From the sequence record MW825358.1: a DNA stretch of 64,000 bases, one strand, 5' to 3'. Positions 26,790-35,688 of the stretch are shown one piece after another. Within the stretch, counting starts at the first letter, position 1; every line of letters starts with the position of its first letter. Position numbers and translations under genes: made by a program. The notes under the pieces are model-generated. The model saw only the letters and a list, made by a program, of their open reading frames with translations, ran no database searches and was not told where the DNA came from.

Positions 26790-26799
26790 TAATTTATGA
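26790..26799 (+). promoter_or_regulatory. late-promoter candidate TAATTTATGA
   Basis: Identical to 20643. Confidence 0.4.
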
Positions 26800-26823
26800 T
26801 GTAACCCTTTAATAGGAGTCCTT

Positions 26824-27336
26824 GTGTCTAACCTACCATCTGATGTGATACAGACTTTGTTGGACGGGATCAACCGCGAGTGTGCCTTGAGCCTGACCAA
26901 AGATCAGGTGGTGTTTGGCACACCCGAGCCTTCCACCCAACAAGGTCGTAATACCAAAGTCCGGGTTGAAGCTGCCTCGGTACATCTTGTCATCTCAGCT
27001 TACTACTACCGTTTGGAACTGTCGAGGTTGCTGAGCGATATCAGCAGGACCTTTCCAGATGAAGGCCAGGCCAATACTCTGGATTTAATTCCTCAGATTG
27101 CGGCCCGTCGTCAATTGAGTTTCAATGTTGATGACTTTGTTTCCACTCCGATCGAGCGTACCGAAGGTCAGCCCACGTTGGTGACCCTACAAGCCCGCGC
27201 GGATTCTTTGACGTTGTTAGGTGCAGTCGAGATTACGCTGGGCGCAGTTAACACGGTTCCTGATAATGCTTTGCTGACACGAGAAGGCGACCCCATCTAT
27301 ACGCGGGAAGGCGACTTCCTATTTGTTTCGGAGTGA
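26824..27336 (+). CDS. stand-alone anchor/adaptor protein (paralog family)
   Basis: AGGAG SD, GTG start; same domain as the N-terminus of 20680; ends LLTREGDPIYTREGDFLFVSE. Confidence 0.8.
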   Translation: MSNLPSDVIQTLLDGINRECALSLTKDQVVFGTPEPSTQQGRNTKVRVEAASVHLVISAYYYRLELSRLLSDISRTFPDEGQANTLDLIPQIAARRQLSFNVDDFVSTPIERTEGQPTLVTLQARADSLTLLGAVEITLGAVNTVPDNALLTREGDPIYTREGDFLFVSE

Positions 27337-27339
27337 TGT

Positions 27340-30300
27340 ATGCCACACGTACACGAGCTACCGTCTGTTTCACCCCAGACCGTAGCCGATTTGCGCAATG
27401 TCACAGGGATTGTGCTGCTGGAGCAAACCGTACAGCAAGTACAAACGGATTTGGGTGAAGCCCAGGATCTGGCCCAAGCAGCATCAACTGCTGCCTCTAC
27501 GGCCACCACTACGGCTAACACCGCCAAGACCACGGCCGATACGGCCAAGACCACCGCTGATACCGCAGCCGGCAATGCCAGTACTGCTTTACAAGCTGCC
27601 AACGTAGCGGTTGCCGCAGCTGCTGAGGCCAGCACTGCGGTGGAGGAGGCTCAAGATCAGATCGATACTGCTGTGGCCGATGCAGCAACAGCTAAGACCT
27701 TGGCGACCTCAGCCAATACGGCGGCCAGCGCTGCTGACACCAAAGCCACCAATGCAGGCACAGCTGCCAGTAATGCGCAGACCACAGCCACTGCAGCGCA
27801 GACCGCAGCAGGTAACGCACAGACGGCGGCCAACACTGCTCAAGCAAAGGCCGATGCTGCCGATACCAAGGCCAATAACCTGCGTACCGATTTGGATTCT
27901 CTGACCGATACGGTCCAGGCGATCCAAGATCAGATCGGTGGTGTCAACCAAGTCCCGGTGGCCACACCCATCACCATTGATGTGGATGAGGACACAGTCA
28001 ACTACCAAGGTAGCGTGTTCGACCACGTAGTGGACCCTGACGGTGATGACATGGTGGTGGTGGAATCCACCTACAACAGCACCAAGTTCAATGCCGGCAC
28101 CCAGTTCAATACTGTCTACGGCACGATGCTGGTGGCAGTCAACGGTAACTACACTTTCACCCCCAACGCCACCGCGCAAGCTTTGAATGACGGAGAGACC
28201 GGTACGGTTGCCTTTGCCATTCTCGTGCGTGATGCCCGCGGTGGTACGGCGACGTGGAACCTCACCATTCGTGTGATCGGTTCAACGGATGAGGCCGGCG
28301 GTGGAGATGATGATAACACCACCTTTGATGCCCTGTATGACCCCAGCTTCAAACTGATTGAAAATCAGAACTTCTACTCGCGCCCGACAATGTCCAAGCC
28401 GAGTAAGATGACCAGCTACACACAGCCGAGCTATACCGATCCGGTGTTTGGAACCAAGATCTTTGGTCTGACCCGCGTCAATGATACCTCGGACAATATC
28501 ACCAACTTGCGCCACGTCTATTCGCGTCAAACGGCGATCAATGCCGATAACACGCGCTCGATCGTGCGTGCCGGTAACGGTTGGTGGCATTTGTATAACC
28601 TGCAAACCGGTCAGCGTATTTTGGGTGGACGTACCCAAACGCCAGGCTTTGGTGCGCTGGTGGATTTCATCAACGAATGCGAATGCGTCTGGCATCCGAC
28701 CAACCCCAAGAAGCTGTGGCGTACCGGTAACCAAGGTGCGGGGTGCATCTGGTATGAATACGACATCGATACGATGACCACCACGGTCCTGTTTGACCTC
28801 AACCCGCTGCTGCAAGCGCTGGGTGGGGCTTGGGCCAATGCTGGGCGTGCCTGGTTCAAGGGCGAAGGTCGTCCTTCGAACGATGGTCGCTGGTGGGGCT
28901 TCCAGGTGGAAACGGCCAGCTATGGAATGATCGGCTTGATCATGTACGATCGCCAGACCAACACCATCGTCGGCAGTGCACTGACCACCAACCGTCCCGA
29001 CCACGTTTCAACCTCACCGCTGGGTAACTATATCGTGCCATCTTGGTACGGTGGTACGACCGAAACGCTGGCGTCCTCGGCCACCCGTCCGATGAATGAA
29101 GCCAACGGTGCACGTGCTTACTCGCGTGACTTCTCTTCCTTTACGCAGCTGTCCTCGTTGGGTGAGCACTCAGACTTGGCCATCGATGCGCAAGGTAATG
29201 AAGTGTTTGTCTCGGTGTCCTACCGTGGCGGCACCTCAGGTCAAGAACCTGACGTGGCTGACGGTGGCATCTACTATCGCCGGATGGATAACGGTGTGGC
29301 CTACTCGCTGCCGGGTAATGCCTACCAAGACTCCTCTGACGGTGGTGTGCACTTGTCAGGCCTTGCCACCAAGAAGCCTGGTTGGGCGGTGGTATCCTGG
29401 TATGGCGGTACGCCTAAGACGTGGAAGGACGGTGTGGTCTATGCGGTGGAGCTGACCCCGGATAACCCCAAGACCTTACGTATCTGTCACCACCAGACGG
29501 TGGCCCAAGGTGCTGAGGCGTATATCGCCGAATCCCACGCAGTGCCCTCGCCTGATATGTCCATGATCCTGTTTGCCTCCAACTATGGTGGCAGCGTGGT
29601 GGAAGACTACTACGTGGGTCTGCCTTCGTGGGCCTTTGGTGTGGCAGGCGCAGGTCGCCCGCCGGTAAACCAAACCCTGCCGGCAGTCTCAGGACAAGTC
29701 ACCCCCAATGCGGTGTTGACCTGTACGGCGGGCATGTGGTCCGGTGTGGGGATTACCTACAGCTACCAATGGTACCGTGACTCTGGTACGATCATCAGTG
29801 GTCAGACCACCAACAGCTTCACCATCCCTTCAGGGGCAGCGGCAGGTACGCAGTACTACTGCCGTGTGACAGCCACCAATGCCACCGATACGGTTTACGC
29901 TGAGTCCAACAAGATCACCGTGCAGGTTCCTTCTGCGCCGGTCAACACGGCCAAGCCCACCATCACCGGTGGTTCGGCAGTGGGTAGCTTGCTCACAGCG
30001 CAGCCGGGTACGTGGTCGGGTCTGCCGACGCCGGACTTTACCTATGCTTGGTATCGTAACGGGACAGCGCTGGGTGTCACCACGCGCACCTATACGGCCA
30101 ATGATCTGGGTGACTACACGGTCCAAGTCCGGGCCGAGAACACCCAAGGTTTTGCAACGGAGATGTCCACGGTCAAGACGATCGTGGCCGCCGCAGATCC
30201 CAAGGCTGCGGTGGGTTCGCCGGTGAACACCACTAATACATGGCAGTCCTCCGGCAGTATTGCCGTACCGTCAGTGGCAGTGGGTGATTCGATTCTGTTG

Positions 30301-30858
30301 GTGGTGAGCCTGGATGAGGGCAGTGGTGATGGTAACTTGAACTCGATCACGGCCACCGTGCTCGGCAAGCCCTTGAACCTGCTCTACTCCACTCCGTTGA
30401 TCACTCTGTCCTCTGGTCGTATGGTGCGTCAGCACTACTACGTGGCAGATAAGGTGACCGCGGCCGGTACAGCCACGATCAATGTGACCTTTGAGGCCAA
30501 CACGCATTACGCTATGCAGGCCCAGCGCTTCACCGGTGGTATTGCCACGGTGGATGTCACAGCGCCGGGTGGCTTTAATGCCACAGCGTTTGCCACACCA
30601 CATCCGACCGGTACGGTCAGTGCGACCATCGCCAACTCCGTTGAGGTCATCAGCTTGGTCGGCGCCACGGACATGTCCAATGCGGCATTGACTTTGCCCT
30701 CTGGCTTTACCTCGATGGGTGCAGACAACGTGGGTCCGTTGGTGGCGATCACTGGCTATCGCGTGCGCACCACAATCGGCAACATCGGCGGTACGATTAC
30801 CTCGATGAATGGCGGTTATGGTTCGGGCTGGGCAGCTTCTGCCTTGAACTTGTACTAA
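27340..30858 (+). CDS. fibre protein: Ala/Thr coiled coil + VCBS/cadherin-like Ig + propeller-like domain + Ig repeats
   Basis: A/T-rich heptads, GTMLVAVNGNYTFTP (VCBS-like), Trp-rich ~440-aa domain, two PVN..P..SG..LT...G.WSG..Y.WYR Ig-like repeats. Confidence 0.75.
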   Translation: MPHVHELPSVSPQTVADLRNVTGIVLLEQTVQQVQTDLGEAQDLAQAASTAASTATTTANTAKTTADTAKTTADTAAGNASTALQAANVAVAAAAEASTAVEEAQDQIDTAVADAATAKTLATSANTAASAADTKATNAGTAASNAQTTATAAQTAAGNAQTAANTAQAKADAADTKANNLRTDLDSLTDTVQAIQDQIGGVNQVPVATPITIDVDEDTVNYQGSVFDHVVDPDGDDMVVVESTYNSTKFNAGTQFNTVYGTMLVAVNGNYTFTPNATAQALNDGETGTVAFAILVRDARGGTATWNLTIRVIGSTDEAGGGDDDNTTFDALYDPSFKLIENQNFYSRPTMSKPSKMTSYTQPSYTDPVFGTKIFGLTRVNDTSDNITNLRHVYSRQTAINADNTRSIVRAGNGWWHLYNLQTGQRILGGRTQTPGFGALVDFINECECVWHPTNPKKLWRTGNQGAGCIWYEYDIDTMTTTVLFDLNPLLQALGGAWANAGRAWFKGEGRPSNDGRWWGFQVETASYGMIGLIMYDRQTNTIVGSALTTNRPDHVSTSPLGNYIVPSWYGGTTETLASSATRPMNEANGARAYSRDFSSFTQLSSLGEHSDLAIDAQGNEVFVSVSYRGGTSGQEPDVADGGIYYRRMDNGVAYSLPGNAYQDSSDGGVHLSGLATKKPGWAVVSWYGGTPKTWKDGVVYAVELTPDNPKTLRICHHQTVAQGAEAYIAESHAVPSPDMSMILFASNYGGSVVEDYYVGLPSWAFGVAGAGRPPVNQTLPAVSGQVTPNAVLTCTAGMWSGVGITYSYQWYRDSGTIISGQTTNSFTIPSGAAAGTQYYCRVTATNATDTVYAESNKITVQVPSAPVNTAKPTITGGSAVGSLLTAQPGTWSGLPTPDFTYAWYRNGTALGVTTRTYTANDLGDYTVQVRAENTQGFATEMSTVKTIVAAADPKAAVGSPVNTTNTWQSSGSIAVPSVAVGDSILLVVSLDEGSGDGNLNSITATVLGKPLNLLYSTPLITLSSGRMVRQHYYVADKVTAAGTATINVTFEANTHYAMQAQRFTGGIATVDVTAPGGFNATAFATPHPTGTVSATIANSVEVISLVGATDMSNAALTLPSGFTSMGADNVGPLVAITGYRVRTTIGNIGGTITSMNGGYGSGWAASALNLY

Positions 30859-30891
30859 GCATATTGCCCCTGCTTCGGCAGGGGCTTTATG
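30859..30891. terminator. CATA-hairpin-TATG element
   Basis: gcatatt-gcccctgc-ttcg-gcaggggc-tttatg. Confidence 0.65.
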
Positions 30892-30991
30892 TTGTTTTCT
30901 ATTTTTACCCCCTATTAGATGTGATTTCACACACCTCAGTGGAATCAATGCAGAGCCCTCTACAACCCCCCTTATTAGAAAGGCGAGAATA

Positions 30992-33121
30992 ATGACTGCA
31001 TATGAACGTGGCGTTGCCCTGTCAGGAATGGAGAATCGAAGCTCCACGCTGCCAGGCAAAGCCAACACCGACTACCTGGTGCCACGCGAAAAGGATTTTG
31101 CGTATTTCTCAAGCAAGGGATTTACTCTGATTCGACTGGCGATCACCTGGGAGCGCATGCAGCCTTCGCTCTTTGGCCCGTTGGACCCGGCCTTTAAGAA
31201 GCACGTTGATGCGTGTATCGAATTGGCCAAAAAGTACAACATGCGCATCTTGCTCGAACCGCATAACTACGGCGGGCGACGCGTCAACGGGGTCGGATAC
31301 AAGATCGGCACTCCGCAAGTGACGGTAGAGGCCTTTGCCGATTTCTGGGGGAAGGTGGCCATGGCCTACTCAGATGAGGAAGGCATCTACGGCTATGACC
31401 TGATGAATGAGCCACACACCATGCCAGTGGGCTGTACGCCGCTGACCTACCATCCCTCCAAGTTTGACTACATCACCAATCCGCGCTTTGAAGATGGAAA
31501 GTCCGGTTGGAGTATGGACAGCGTCTTTAAGATCGGCGATCAATGCGCCGAGTTTGACATCACTGGAGGTTGGGCCAATCTGACCTCGTACAATGCCAAG
31601 GGTGGCGGTATCCCGGTCGTGCCGGGGGCGACAGTGACCATCGAGTTTGACTACGAGTTGGAGATCACCTCAGGAAACGGTCCGCGCTTTCGCATTAGCT
31701 ACGGTGATAATGCCGCCTACGGAACGGAGATCTCAGGCACAGGTAAGACCTTAGGCAAAACCGTGGGCAAGGCCACCCACAAGGTCACCTTTACCGTGCC
31801 AGATAAAGCTGACATGGTCTGGCTGCGTTTCCAGAACCAGGGCGGTAATGTCAAGGGTAAGGTGTCTAATTTCCGCTACAGTGCCAGCTCCCTACCCAAG
31901 CGCCAGGTCGCCACCACCACCTTGATGAACCAAGCGGCCATTGACGCCATTCGCGCTGTGGATTTGAAGCATTGGATTGTGTTGGAGTTTGACCGTTACA
32001 CCGGCCTGGCTTCTTTCGGTGCCAACTTTGGTACGAACCCGGAAGTGTGGTGGTCTGATCCGGTCAACAAGACCATGCCTTCGTTCCACTACTACCAAGA
32101 CAGTGATTACAGCGGCTCTTACACCAAGGCTTGGACGCAAGGGTTGCGCGATCGCATGGAAGCTCAAGTGCGGTTGGTGTTTGACTGGGCCAAGCGTAAC
32201 AAGGTGACGGTGTTTATGGGCGAGTACGGCGTGCCTAACACTGAGGACAGTTCAGGCGAGAACTACCGCCAAGATCTGGATGCGTTTTTGACGCTGATGG
32301 ATGAGTACGCCATTCCGGGTACGTACTGGTCCGCAGGCTGGGGTTATACCTCACCGACTACGATCCACCCCACCGAGAACTATACTGTCGATCGCAAGGT
32401 TTTGGCCACGGTCCTGAAGCATCTGGGAAAGAAGGACACCCCGCCCACACCACAGCCGATTCCCTATGACCCGGAAACTGATCCGGCACTGTGGAAGGTG
32501 GATGATCTGGTGCGCCTGTCCTTTGGTGCTTCGTATAAGCGCCCAGAGGCCAATGCCAATGCATTCGTTTTTGAATGCAAGAACGTCAAGGTAGGCGATG
32601 TCCTCTCGCCCAACCTTAAGTGCACCCAAGGTCAGTTGATCGGGGCACGTTTGTCAATGGCTTCGATCTCTCTGCCGTATCGTAACTTTGCCTCTGGCAA
32701 GAACGGTCCGAATGATCGTCACCTTCCGCCGCATGCCTTGGGCGAGGAGACACGTGAGTTCTGGTATGGTAAGGGTAGCGTGCCGATGATCTTCCGGTTG
32801 GACAATGTTCCACCTGGGGTCTATGAGGTGGTCGTGGGTGGCGCTGCCCCCAGTACGGGTGTTTCAGATCTGTTCAAGGCCACGGTGAGCTTCCCGGCCG
32901 GGAAAGGAACAGGCGGTGTGTATGATGCCGATGGAGCCAAACCTGCCGGCAGTGATCAATGGTATTTCATCAGCAGTGACGTTGAACCTGTCAATGGTAT
33001 CTTGGACGTTAGTGTCGTGGCCGCCGTGGCAGGCGGACAGGCGTGTGTGAGTTTCATCACCCTGCGGCGCTTAAGTGCTCCGGTGCAGTATGAGACCTAT
33101 TTGCGGGAATTAGCAGCATAA
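30992..33121 (+). CDS. GH5 endoglucanase with inserted CBM4/9-like module and C-terminal beta-sandwich
   Basis: IRLAITWERMQP, EPHNY, YDLMNEP (acid/base Glu), HYY, GEYG (nucleophile Glu), YWSAG; insert YITNPRFEDGKSGW. Confidence 0.85.
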   Translation: MTAYERGVALSGMENRSSTLPGKANTDYLVPREKDFAYFSSKGFTLIRLAITWERMQPSLFGPLDPAFKKHVDACIELAKKYNMRILLEPHNYGGRRVNGVGYKIGTPQVTVEAFADFWGKVAMAYSDEEGIYGYDLMNEPHTMPVGCTPLTYHPSKFDYITNPRFEDGKSGWSMDSVFKIGDQCAEFDITGGWANLTSYNAKGGGIPVVPGATVTIEFDYELEITSGNGPRFRISYGDNAAYGTEISGTGKTLGKTVGKATHKVTFTVPDKADMVWLRFQNQGGNVKGKVSNFRYSASSLPKRQVATTTLMNQAAIDAIRAVDLKHWIVLEFDRYTGLASFGANFGTNPEVWWSDPVNKTMPSFHYYQDSDYSGSYTKAWTQGLRDRMEAQVRLVFDWAKRNKVTVFMGEYGVPNTEDSSGENYRQDLDAFLTLMDEYAIPGTYWSAGWGYTSPTTIHPTENYTVDRKVLATVLKHLGKKDTPPTPQPIPYDPETDPALWKVDDLVRLSFGASYKRPEANANAFVFECKNVKVGDVLSPNLKCTQGQLIGARLSMASISLPYRNFASGKNGPNDRHLPPHALGEETREFWYGKGSVPMIFRLDNVPPGVYEVVVGGAAPSTGVSDLFKATVSFPAGKGTGGVYDADGAKPAGSDQWYFISSDVEPVNGILDVSVVAAVAGGQACVSFITLRRLSAPVQYETYLRELAA

Positions 33122-33285
33122 ACCAGCAGCCCCTTCCGTCAGGGAGGGGCTGCTATGTTCTCGATTAAAATAAATCTCAAACGCAAACTATCTAGGTGAG
33201 CACCAGTGGTAAAAATCGAACTGCGCTGGTGATTCGAAAGTTGTCTATATCCATAAACCATCCTCACCATTTAAGGAGCTAATAA

Positions 33286-33633
33286 ATGTCCGTACCCGCC
33301 AACAAGATTCGCAAACCCCGCAAGGCCATCACCCGTATCAACCCCAACGTCAGCGAGATCGAAGAGCAGATCCTGGAGCGCGAGCGCTTCCGTGTGATCC
33401 TGCGTCTGCCGACGTTCCTGGCCGCCGCCCATTCCCCGGACGGCTATCACTACAAGCGCGCCTTGGGTGATGAACAGACCATCGCCCACCTGTACGAGCG
33501 CCTGTATCGGGTCTTCGGTGAAGCTGTGTCTTTCGTGGTCATCTACAACGATGGCCGCGTGATCAATGTGGTGCCTGGCAAGATGGCCCACATGTCCGTC
33601 GAACTGGGTCGGGTGCGTAAAGTCCCCGAGTAA
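33286..33633 (+). CDS. hypothetical basic protein
   Basis: AAGGAG SD, AT-rich upstream region, strong C-ending codon bias. Confidence 0.7.
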   Translation: MSVPANKIRKPRKAITRINPNVSEIEEQILERERFRVILRLPTFLAAAHSPDGYHYKRALGDEQTIAHLYERLYRVFGEAVSFVVIYNDGRVINVVPGKMAHMSVELGRVRKVPE

Positions 33634-33746
33634 GTCCCTGCAAGTGCAAGTCCGCAAGAACCTACCTCTCACGTATTCACGCCCAGTGTGAGAGGTAGGC
33701 GTAGTGCCCGTAACAAACCCCTTCAACTCTAGCCCAAAGTCTTAAC

Positions 33747-35174
33747 ATGAAATCCCGTAACACTGCTTTGCTGTTCTTGATCTCTGTTTTGAGCTTCACT
33801 TCTCCCGCATTCGGTCAGCAGGCCCAGCCCTGTCCCGAAGGCGTGACCAGTTGTACGGTCTCCAACCAGAACCAAGGTGATGTGGACAATTCGTCCTCGG
33901 CCAACGGTTCGCAGTCGGAAGCCTCGCAGTCCAACAACAGTACCAATGCCATCCAGGCCGGCAACTCGCAGAACGCCAACTACGACAACTCGGCCCAGAC
34001 CACCCAAAACGCCACCAACACCACCACCGGTACCATCAGTGGCGGTAACACCTCCTCCACGGCAACCGGCGGAGCGGCAACGGGTGGGGCAGCCATCGGC
34101 AATACCAGTGACAATGACAACCGTTCTTCGGTTGGCAACGTCTCGGCCAGCACCGGTCCTTCCACCTCCAACTCAGGCGGTAACGTCCTGGGTTCGAACT
34201 CGGGTGGGAACGATCTGTCCAATGGTGTGCAGATTGGCGATACCAAAACTGGTGATGTGAAAAACACCATCGGTAATTTGACCACTGGTCCTTCCACAGC
34301 CACGGTAGGCAATACCAGCGCTGCGGGTGGCAGTGTAGGAAACACCACCGCCTCTGGTGGTAATTCCTCGGTAGGCAATCTGTCCAACGGTTCAAATTCC
34401 ACCATCGGTGATACCGATTCGTCCTCGCGTTCGAATTCCTCGGTGGGTAACACCTCCTCCGGTTCGACCTCCAGTGCGAATGGGACCAACACCAGTCGAA
34501 ACGACAACTCCATTGCCGGAGGTAACACAACCAGTAACACCGGCGGTAATAGCCTGAGTAATGGCTCGCGTTCCAGCAGCGGCGGCAACACCATGACAGG
34601 TGGTGCCACCAACTCCGGTGCCGCAGCCAACAACTCCGGTGGCAACAACGCAGTCACTGTCGATAGCTCCAGTCACAGCAACTACAAGGCGATTTTCATC
34701 CCCTCGGTCGTGCCGGTCACCCCACCTTCGCAGGTGCAGATCGGCAATATCGTCAAGGAGACTTCGGCCTGTGGTCCGCTGCAATCGGTGGTCAAGACCC
34801 CGATTGAAGGTACGGTCATCAGCTTCTGGCGTAAGGTGAAGGTCAACCAGGGTTACACCTATGACCTGGCTCCTAACTACGATGCCAAGGGTGATTTCCA
34901 GCCGTATCTGATGGTGCCAATTGGCGACCGCCCGGGCATGCGTATGTTTGGTCACCAGAAGGTGATCTTTGCATCGATGGCCGGTATTTCCTCCAACAAG
35001 AACTTCGCCCTTGGCGGGGGCGGTAACGAAGGCGGTTGGGGTCAGGCGGGTATGGGCAGTTCTTCTGCCAATACTCAGCTGGTGACCAACATCCAACTGC
35101 TGCTGTGTGAGATCGGCACGATCGAGCCGGAGATCCAGTACATCGAGCGCCCCTACCAGGGCGGTCTGAGGTAA
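33747..35174 (+). CDS. secreted Ser/Asn/Gly/Thr-rich repeat protein
   Basis: Sec signal peptide (..SPAFG|QQ); ~270 aa of (V/I)G(N/D)xS and SGGN repeats; folded C-terminal domain. Confidence 0.8.
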   Translation: MKSRNTALLFLISVLSFTSPAFGQQAQPCPEGVTSCTVSNQNQGDVDNSSSANGSQSEASQSNNSTNAIQAGNSQNANYDNSAQTTQNATNTTTGTISGGNTSSTATGGAATGGAAIGNTSDNDNRSSVGNVSASTGPSTSNSGGNVLGSNSGGNDLSNGVQIGDTKTGDVKNTIGNLTTGPSTATVGNTSAAGGSVGNTTASGGNSSVGNLSNGSNSTIGDTDSSSRSNSSVGNTSSGSTSSANGTNTSRNDNSIAGGNTTSNTGGNSLSNGSRSSSGGNTMTGGATNSGAAANNSGGNNAVTVDSSSHSNYKAIFIPSVVPVTPPSQVQIGNIVKETSACGPLQSVVKTPIEGTVISFWRKVKVNQGYTYDLAPNYDAKGDFQPYLMVPIGDRPGMRMFGHQKVIFASMAGISSNKNFALGGGGNEGGWGQAGMGSSSANTQLVTNIQLLLCEIGTIEPEIQYIERPYQGGLR

Positions 35175-35177
35175 TCC

Positions 35178-35528
35178 ATGGAGCCCATCACCGTCTTTAT
35201 CGGTAAGGCACTGCTGTGCATGGGGATGAGCTGCCAGCCTGTGCTGGTCGGTCCCAATACCCATCCTGGCCAATACCAGATGCATGTGCTGCATACCCAG
35301 CAGCCGGGCTATGGTGGCGATGTGTTGATGTATGATAGCGACCAGAAACATTGGTTTGCCATTCATCGCACCTACACGTTGGATAAGCGCCGCAATCGTG
35401 CCAAGCTTTATCACGGCACCAGTGCCAAGCAGCGTAAGGTGACCAGCGGGTGCATCAATGTGGAACCGTGGCTGTATGAACAGCTGCGCGAAAACCACCG
35501 CACTCGACCCTTGGTGATCCTGCCGTAG
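35178..35528 (+). CDS. minimal L,D-transpeptidase (YkuD-like) protein
   Basis: FAIHRT ... VTSGCINV catalytic His/Cys pattern. Confidence 0.7.
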   Translation: MEPITVFIGKALLCMGMSCQPVLVGPNTHPGQYQMHVLHTQQPGYGGDVLMYDSDQKHWFAIHRTYTLDKRRNRAKLYHGTSAKQRKVTSGCINVEPWLYEQLRENHRTRPLVILP

Positions 35529-35619
35529 TCCGTAGCATAGACAGCCTCCTACCCTTGGCGGGGTAGGAGGCTGTCTTTCTATGCCTTTTCTTTTGGCCTA
35601 ACCTAAAAATTCATGCAAA

Positions 35620-35638
35620 TATACTATCGCTGTGTAGT
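35620..35638 (+). promoter_or_regulatory. early-promoter-like motif TATACTAT-N4-GTGTAGT
   Basis: AT-rich upstream tract; precedes 35689. Confidence 0.55.
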
Positions 35639-35688
35639 CACGTCCACTGGGACCATGCGCACTACACTTAAGAAACCATCTATTCCTA

